Origin: Aquificaceae bacterium
GTDB lineage: Bacteria; Aquificota; Aquificia; Aquificales; Aquificaceae
Assembly (NCBI GenBank): GCA_037924335.1
Contig: JAXSMZ010000019.1
Location: 1-30,767 of the forward strand
DNA length: 30,767 nt
Reading direction: 5' to 3'
The position numbers and the translations under genes are program-made. The notes under the pieces were generated by a model. It was not told the DNA's origin. It saw nothing but the letters and a program-made list of their open reading frames with translations, and made no database searches. Shown here piece by piece: positions 26,982 to 30,767 of this stretch. Within the stretch, counting starts at the first letter, position 1. Each line of letters opens with the position of its first letter.

Positions 26982-29825
26982 TTATGGCTTATAACGCAGT
27001 ACCTGAGGCCATCTCTCTTTTATGTAGACGAGAGGCTCCACTTTGAACTGTGGATGTGTCTCTGGCCTTTGGTCTTCTGCCTTGTACACCTTGACCTTTG
27101 TATCGAACCAAGCAAGATGTCCCGTTATTGGGTCTCCGTAGTAAATTTCTTTGCTTCCGATCTTTATGCTGTGAGGGATCACATGGTTGAGCAAGAATCC
27201 TTCCTTTCCTTCATCTGCATTGGGCTTTAGCCCCCAAGCTCCGCTCATCTTTCCAATTGCGTTCCATGTCCATACGGAGTTTGGCTCTGTTGTTTCTGTA
27301 AGGAAAGCCTGACATTTGACTTTACCTACCCTTGACTCTACCCATACCCAGTCAAGATGGTTTATCCCAAGCTCTTTCGCTTTCTTTGGATTAATATAAA
27401 GGTAATTCCTTGATGATATCTGCCTTAGCCATGCGTTCTGAGAATCCCAAGAGTGGTACATCCACTGGGGTCTTTGAGTAAAGGCGTACATCGAATAATC
27501 TTTTTCAGATACTTCCTCCTCGAAGGGTGGATACCAGAAGGGGAGTGGGTCAAAGTACCTCATTAGCCTATCCCTCAGTATGGGGTCGTTGGGTGGTTGG
27601 TTCTTTCCTTCCCAAAGACCCATGCCAGCAAGCCTAAAGGTCTGCAAGGGTTCTAAGTAAAAGTTAAAAACAATGGGTGAAACCTTCTTAATGAAGCCAA
27701 CGCCAACAGCCCACTCTTGATAATCCCTATTTACATGCCTGTAAAACCTCATGCTCTCTGGCAGTTTATAGTAGAAGAACCCTCTGTTTTTTACATACAT
27801 CTCAAACTGGTCTGGATTTGGTTCACCAACAAAGTGTTTGTCTCCTTTCCCCCCCCTCCATCCTGCCAAAGCTCCCATTCCAGGCCTTGGTTGCCAGTTT
27901 ATCAAAAAGTCTTTGAAGTCTTTGTACTTTCTTGAACCATCTTCTTTAACAAAGCCCGGCAACTTTAGCCTCCAACCAAGCTCCACCATAACGTCTCCCC
28001 AAGGCCTGACATCATAGCCGTTAGAGACTGGGTCCATCACAGGCTGTCTTATGGCATCCACTGGACCATCAACCGAGGATGGTGGTCTATCAAGCAAAGA
28101 GAGGGCAAACCACTGCTCCAAGTAGGTGGCATCGGGTAAAACTAAGTCTGAGTATGCCACTTGCTCGCTGTAAAAGGCATCTATCGTTATTATCTTGGGT
28201 ATGATGTAATTGCCGTTATCATCTGTAGCCGTGAGTGCTTGAATAATGTAAGGGATATTCTGAGATGAATTCCAAGCCATGTTGGCCATGTATATCATGA
28301 GAACCTCAACGCCGTAAGGGTCTTTTTGGTAAGCTGCTGGTATGACGTTCTGTATACATCCGTGGGCTGCCATAGGAAACCACCAGCTGTATGCCCAATC
28401 TATCCTTATAGGATTTCCCCTATCATCCACCAGAAGGTCATCAGGGTTTTGGACATAACCAAGATGAGGACCAGGATACTGTTCTCCGTACTTTATGGCA
28501 TTGGGGGATGATACCTTGTATGGCTTTGGGAGGTCTTCTATGTGTTTGGGGTAGGGGGGTTTGTTGAGAAAGCCACCGGGAACATCAACAACTCCAAGCA
28601 TCATCATAAGCAAAAACACAGCCCTTGCAGTCTGGAAACCGTTAGTGCGAGAAGCAATACCTCTCATTATATGGAAGGAAACAGGCCTCCCTATTGTCTT
28701 TTTGTGCTTTCTTCCCCAGACGTCAGTCCACTCTATGGGGATCTCCAATGGTTCAAACAAAGCGACGCTTCCCATCTCCTTAGCCACTCTTTCTATTGTG
28801 CTAGCTTGAATACCAGTTATCTTTTCTACCTTCTCTGGAGAGTAGTCCCTTACCAGCCTCTCTGCAAAAATATCAAAGGCTGGTCTTACCGTATAGCCAT
28901 CCTGTGTCTTAAACTCCCCCACAAAAGCTGGGTCTAAATCCTCCGGAACTATCCTGTCGGCGGGTCTGAAGGAGCCAGACTTTCTGTCAAAGACCATGGG
29001 CTTTCCTTCCTCATTCCTGTAAAAGAGCCCATCCTTTGACGTTCCAGGAGCCTCAACCACTAGCCACGGTGCGTTCGTAAACTCTTTTAAAAACTCCCAA
29101 TCTATAAGGTTGTACTTAAAAAGAACGTGCATGATAGCCATAAAGAAGGCTCCGTCCGTACCTGGCTTTATTGGGATCCACTCATCAGCCACTGCACCGT
29201 AGCCCCACCTTACAGGGTTTATCACCACAAACTTACCACCTTTTCGCTTCATCTCTTGTATTCCAAGCTTGAATGGGTTTGAAGAATGGTCTTCTGCAAC
29301 CCCTACCAGCATAAAGTACTTTGTATTCTCAAAATCCGCCTCTCCAAACTCCCAGAAGGATCCACCGATGGAGTAAAGCCCAGCAGCAGCTATGTTGACA
29401 GAACAGAACCCTCCATGTGCTGCCCAGTTAAAAGTTCCAAGCTGACTGGCAAACCAACCGTTTATGGCTTGCATTTGGTCTCTACCTGTAAAAAAGGCTA
29501 CGTAATGAGGACCCTTTTTGCGAGCTTCTTCAAGCCAACCAGTAGCTATCTGCAAAGCTTCTTCCCATTCTATCTCCTTAAACTGTCCAGAACCCCTTGG
29601 ACCCACTCTCAAGAGAGGCTTTCTGAGCCTTGCCGGACTATACTCCTTCATTATTCCCGATGACCCTTTGGCACACAGGACACCCCTGTTAGTAGGATGG
29701 AAGTCGTTGCCCTTTATGTACGTTACCTTGTTGTTTCTGATGTATACCTCAATGCCACACCTACAGGCACACATGTAGCATGTACTGTAAGCTTTCCTAT
29801 CGTAAAAGCTGCCACCAACATCCAT
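26982..29825 (-). CDS. soeA: Cytoplasmic Mo-bisPGD oxidoreductase, sulfite dehydrogenase SoeA / sulfur reductase SreA-like
   Basis: STCYMCACRCGI, GVLCAKGSSGIMK, FTGRDQ, AHGGFCSVN, GGSFWEFG, AEDHSSNP, YMANMAWNS, MYHSWDSQNAWLRQI; no twin-arginine signal. Confidence 0.8.
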   Translation of the reverse strand: MDVGGSFYDRKAYSTCYMCACRCGIEVYIRNNKVTYIKGNDFHPTNRGVLCAKGSSGIMKEYSPARLRKPLLRVGPRGSGQFKEIEWEEALQIATGWLEEARKKGPHYVAFFTGRDQMQAINGWFASQLGTFNWAAHGGFCSVNIAAAGLYSIGGSFWEFGEADFENTKYFMLVGVAEDHSSNPFKLGIQEMKRKGGKFVVINPVRWGYGAVADEWIPIKPGTDGAFFMAIMHVLFKYNLIDWEFLKEFTNAPWLVVEAPGTSKDGLFYRNEEGKPMVFDRKSGSFRPADRIVPEDLDPAFVGEFKTQDGYTVRPAFDIFAERLVRDYSPEKVEKITGIQASTIERVAKEMGSVALFEPLEIPIEWTDVWGRKHKKTIGRPVSFHIMRGIASRTNGFQTARAVFLLMMMLGVVDVPGGFLNKPPYPKHIEDLPKPYKVSSPNAIKYGEQYPGPHLGYVQNPDDLLVDDRGNPIRIDWAYSWWFPMAAHGCIQNVIPAAYQKDPYGVEVLMIYMANMAWNSSQNIPYIIQALTATDDNGNYIIPKIITIDAFYSEQVAYSDLVLPDATYLEQWFALSLLDRPPSSVDGPVDAIRQPVMDPVSNGYDVRPWGDVMVELGWRLKLPGFVKEDGSRKYKDFKDFLINWQPRPGMGALAGWRGGKGDKHFVGEPNPDQFEMYVKNRGFFYYKLPESMRFYRHVNRDYQEWAVGVGFIKKVSPIVFNFYLEPLQTFRLAGMGLWEGKNQPPNDPILRDRLMRYFDPLPFWYPPFEEEVSEKDYSMYAFTQRPQWMYHSWDSQNAWLRQISSRNYLYINPKKAKELGINHLDWVWVESRVGKVKCQAFLTETTEPNSVWTWNAIGKMSGAWGLKPNADEGKEGFLLNHVIPHSIKIGSKEIYYGDPITGHLAWFDTKVKVYKAEDQRPETHPQFKVEPLVYIKERWPQVLRYKP

Positions 29826-29884
29826 AAGGAAACCTCCTGATTTTATAGATTAATCCATCTCTGATGTGCTTAACTTTCAATGTT

Positions 29885-29912
29885 CTTATATTAACATAAG
29901 GATATCTTATAC
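29885..29912. promoter_or_regulatory. Palindromic operator upstream of soeA (ATAAG-N5-CTTAT-N6-ATAAG read on the minus strand)
   Basis: CTTAT 29885-29889, ATAAG 29896-29900, CTTAT 29906-29910; 29896-29912 matches 3811-3827 at 15 of 17 positions. Confidence 0.55.
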
Positions 29913-30026
29913 ATGCTATAAAACACTTTCCTTTAGTCTCTGTCTTCTGAAGAAGTATTAGAAACTAATCACTGAATGTATAGAAATCTATTGACGTATA
30001 TAGAAGTTTAGAAATATAGAGACCTC

Positions 30027-30055
30027 TTGACGCTTATAGAAGCGGACATTACAAT
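30027..30055 (+). promoter_or_regulatory. sigma70-type promoter of tnpB
   Basis: TTGACG (30027-30032)-N17-TACAAT (30050-30055), 11 nt before ATG 30067; no SD. Confidence 0.72.
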
Positions 30056-30066
30056 GTTAATCTGCT

Positions 30067-30767
30067 ATGCAAAGTAGCATCAAAAGAAGTCTGCTTTTCT
30101 CTCTGGACTTTGCAAACACAGGCAAGTTAGACTTCCTTGAAAACCTTTGGCAAGAATATCAAAAGGCATGCCAACATTTTATAGATGTGGGCTATGAAAC
30201 TAAAGCCTTACCATCATATAGCTGTGTCAAAATCTACCCAGACCAAACTTGGCTAAGCAAAAGATATCTTGGCTGTGCCTTAGAGCAGGCAAAGACAGTC
30301 CTTAAAAGTTTCTTTTCAAAACTCAAAAAAGGTAAAAACCCACAAAAGCCTTTGATAAAAAAGCCAGCTTTAAAACTTGACAGTAGGTTCTACAGGATTG
30401 AGAAAGGTAGAAACTCCTTTGACTTTTGGCTTTTTCTAAGAGATACTCAAACCCAAAATTGGCGAGCTTTTCCTTTCAAAAGCTATGAGTATGCAAAAAG
30501 CTACTTCAGAGATTGGAAGCTGTGTTCTAACATAGAACTTTTGAAAAGAGATGGCAAGTGGTATATAAAGCTCATATTTGAGAAAGAGGTCAAGTTAGAG
30601 AGAAAAAAGCCAAAGGGCATAGATATAGGATACAGGAAGCTAATTGCTACCTCAGAGGGGGAGGTATTTGGCAAGGATGTAAGGGAGATAATAGATAAGA
30701 GGATAGAACCCAAAAAGCAAGGTTCAAGAAGGTGGAAAAGGGCGAAGCACTATTTAAAGACAGAGAT
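30067..30767 (+). CDS. tnpB: RNA-guided endonuclease TnpB family protein, 5' partial (233 codons, open at the edge; not in the ORF track)
   Basis: Manual translation is stop-free: MQSSIKRSLLFSLDFANTGKLDFLENLWQEYQKA...KRDGKWYIKLIFEKEV...KPKGIDIGYRKLIATSEG...KKQGSRRWKRAK. RuvC-I GIDIG Asp is intact and followed by the basic bridge-helix GS motif. Confidence 0.9.
   Translation, partial: MQSSIKRSLLFSLDFANTGKLDFLENLWQEYQKACQHFIDVGYETKALPSYSCVKIYPDQTWLSKRYLGCALEQAKTVLKSFFSKLKKGKNPQKPLIKKPALKLDSRFYRIEKGRNSFDFWLFLRDTQTQNWRAFPFKSYEYAKSYFRDWKLCSNIELLKRDGKWYIKLIFEKEVKLERKKPKGIDIGYRKLIATSEGEVFGKDVREIIDKRIEPKKQGSRRWKRAKHYLKTE

Larger units (their letters stand above)
29955..30767 (+). mobile_element. tnpB-only insertion sequence (IS605/IS607 superfamily), truncated by the window edge
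   Basis: 122-bp identity with the inverted copy at 4-125 defines the end; tnpB begins ~112 bp inside, leaving no room for an upstream tnpA; repeated TAGAA motifs in the end. Confidence 0.88.

Noticed and set aside
27091..27104. TTGAC-CTTTG as an in-window target of the orphan omegaRNA guide
   Set aside because: Only 4 nt match the predicted guide, and the TAM itself is not established.
29955..30066. Short repeats next to tnpB as a CRISPR mini-array (Cas12f-like system)
   Set aside because: Only two imperfect 19-bp units, identical in both IS copies and overlapping the promoter; no repeat-spacer structure.
1..30767. Composite transposon carrying the whole block
   Set aside because: The cargo is core genes (rpoD, infC, plsY, thrB, TCA), both left ends face inward and no transposase is present; independent insertions are simpler.

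Overview
Compact, AT-rich bacterial chromosome segment whose gene content and protein style point to Aquificaceae (Hydrogenobacter-like; inference). The window is bracketed by two inverted, outward-facing copies of one tnpB-only insertion sequence: 4-125 is the exact reverse complement of 29955-30076. The left copy interrupts a ZIP metal-transporter gene at its HNIPEG motif. The right copy carries a tnpB (from 30067, runs off the edge) that the ORF track missed. A second, unrelated ORF-less IS200/IS605-type remnant with an apparently intact omegaRNA-like scaffold sits at ~525-726. Between these lie a MacAB/LolCDE-like ABC system; a four-gene TAT-exported type II DMSO-reductase-family operon of the periplasmic Nar/NXR-like clade; ubiX, ymdB and tRNA-Leu(CAG); a GspL/PilN-like gene; an rpoD split by one in-frame TAA; housekeeping genes (coaX, thrB, plsY, infC); an aconitase-mdh-fumarase alpha operon (rTCA) with two unannotated small ORFs; and a cytoplasmic SoeABC/SreABC-type molybdoenzyme operon. 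The two molybdoenzyme operons share a near-identical palindromic upstream motif (ATAAG-N5-CTTAT-N6/7-ATAAG), which suggests a common LysR-type regulator. No CRISPR array was seen. All calls come from reading the sequence and motif recall, with no database searches.
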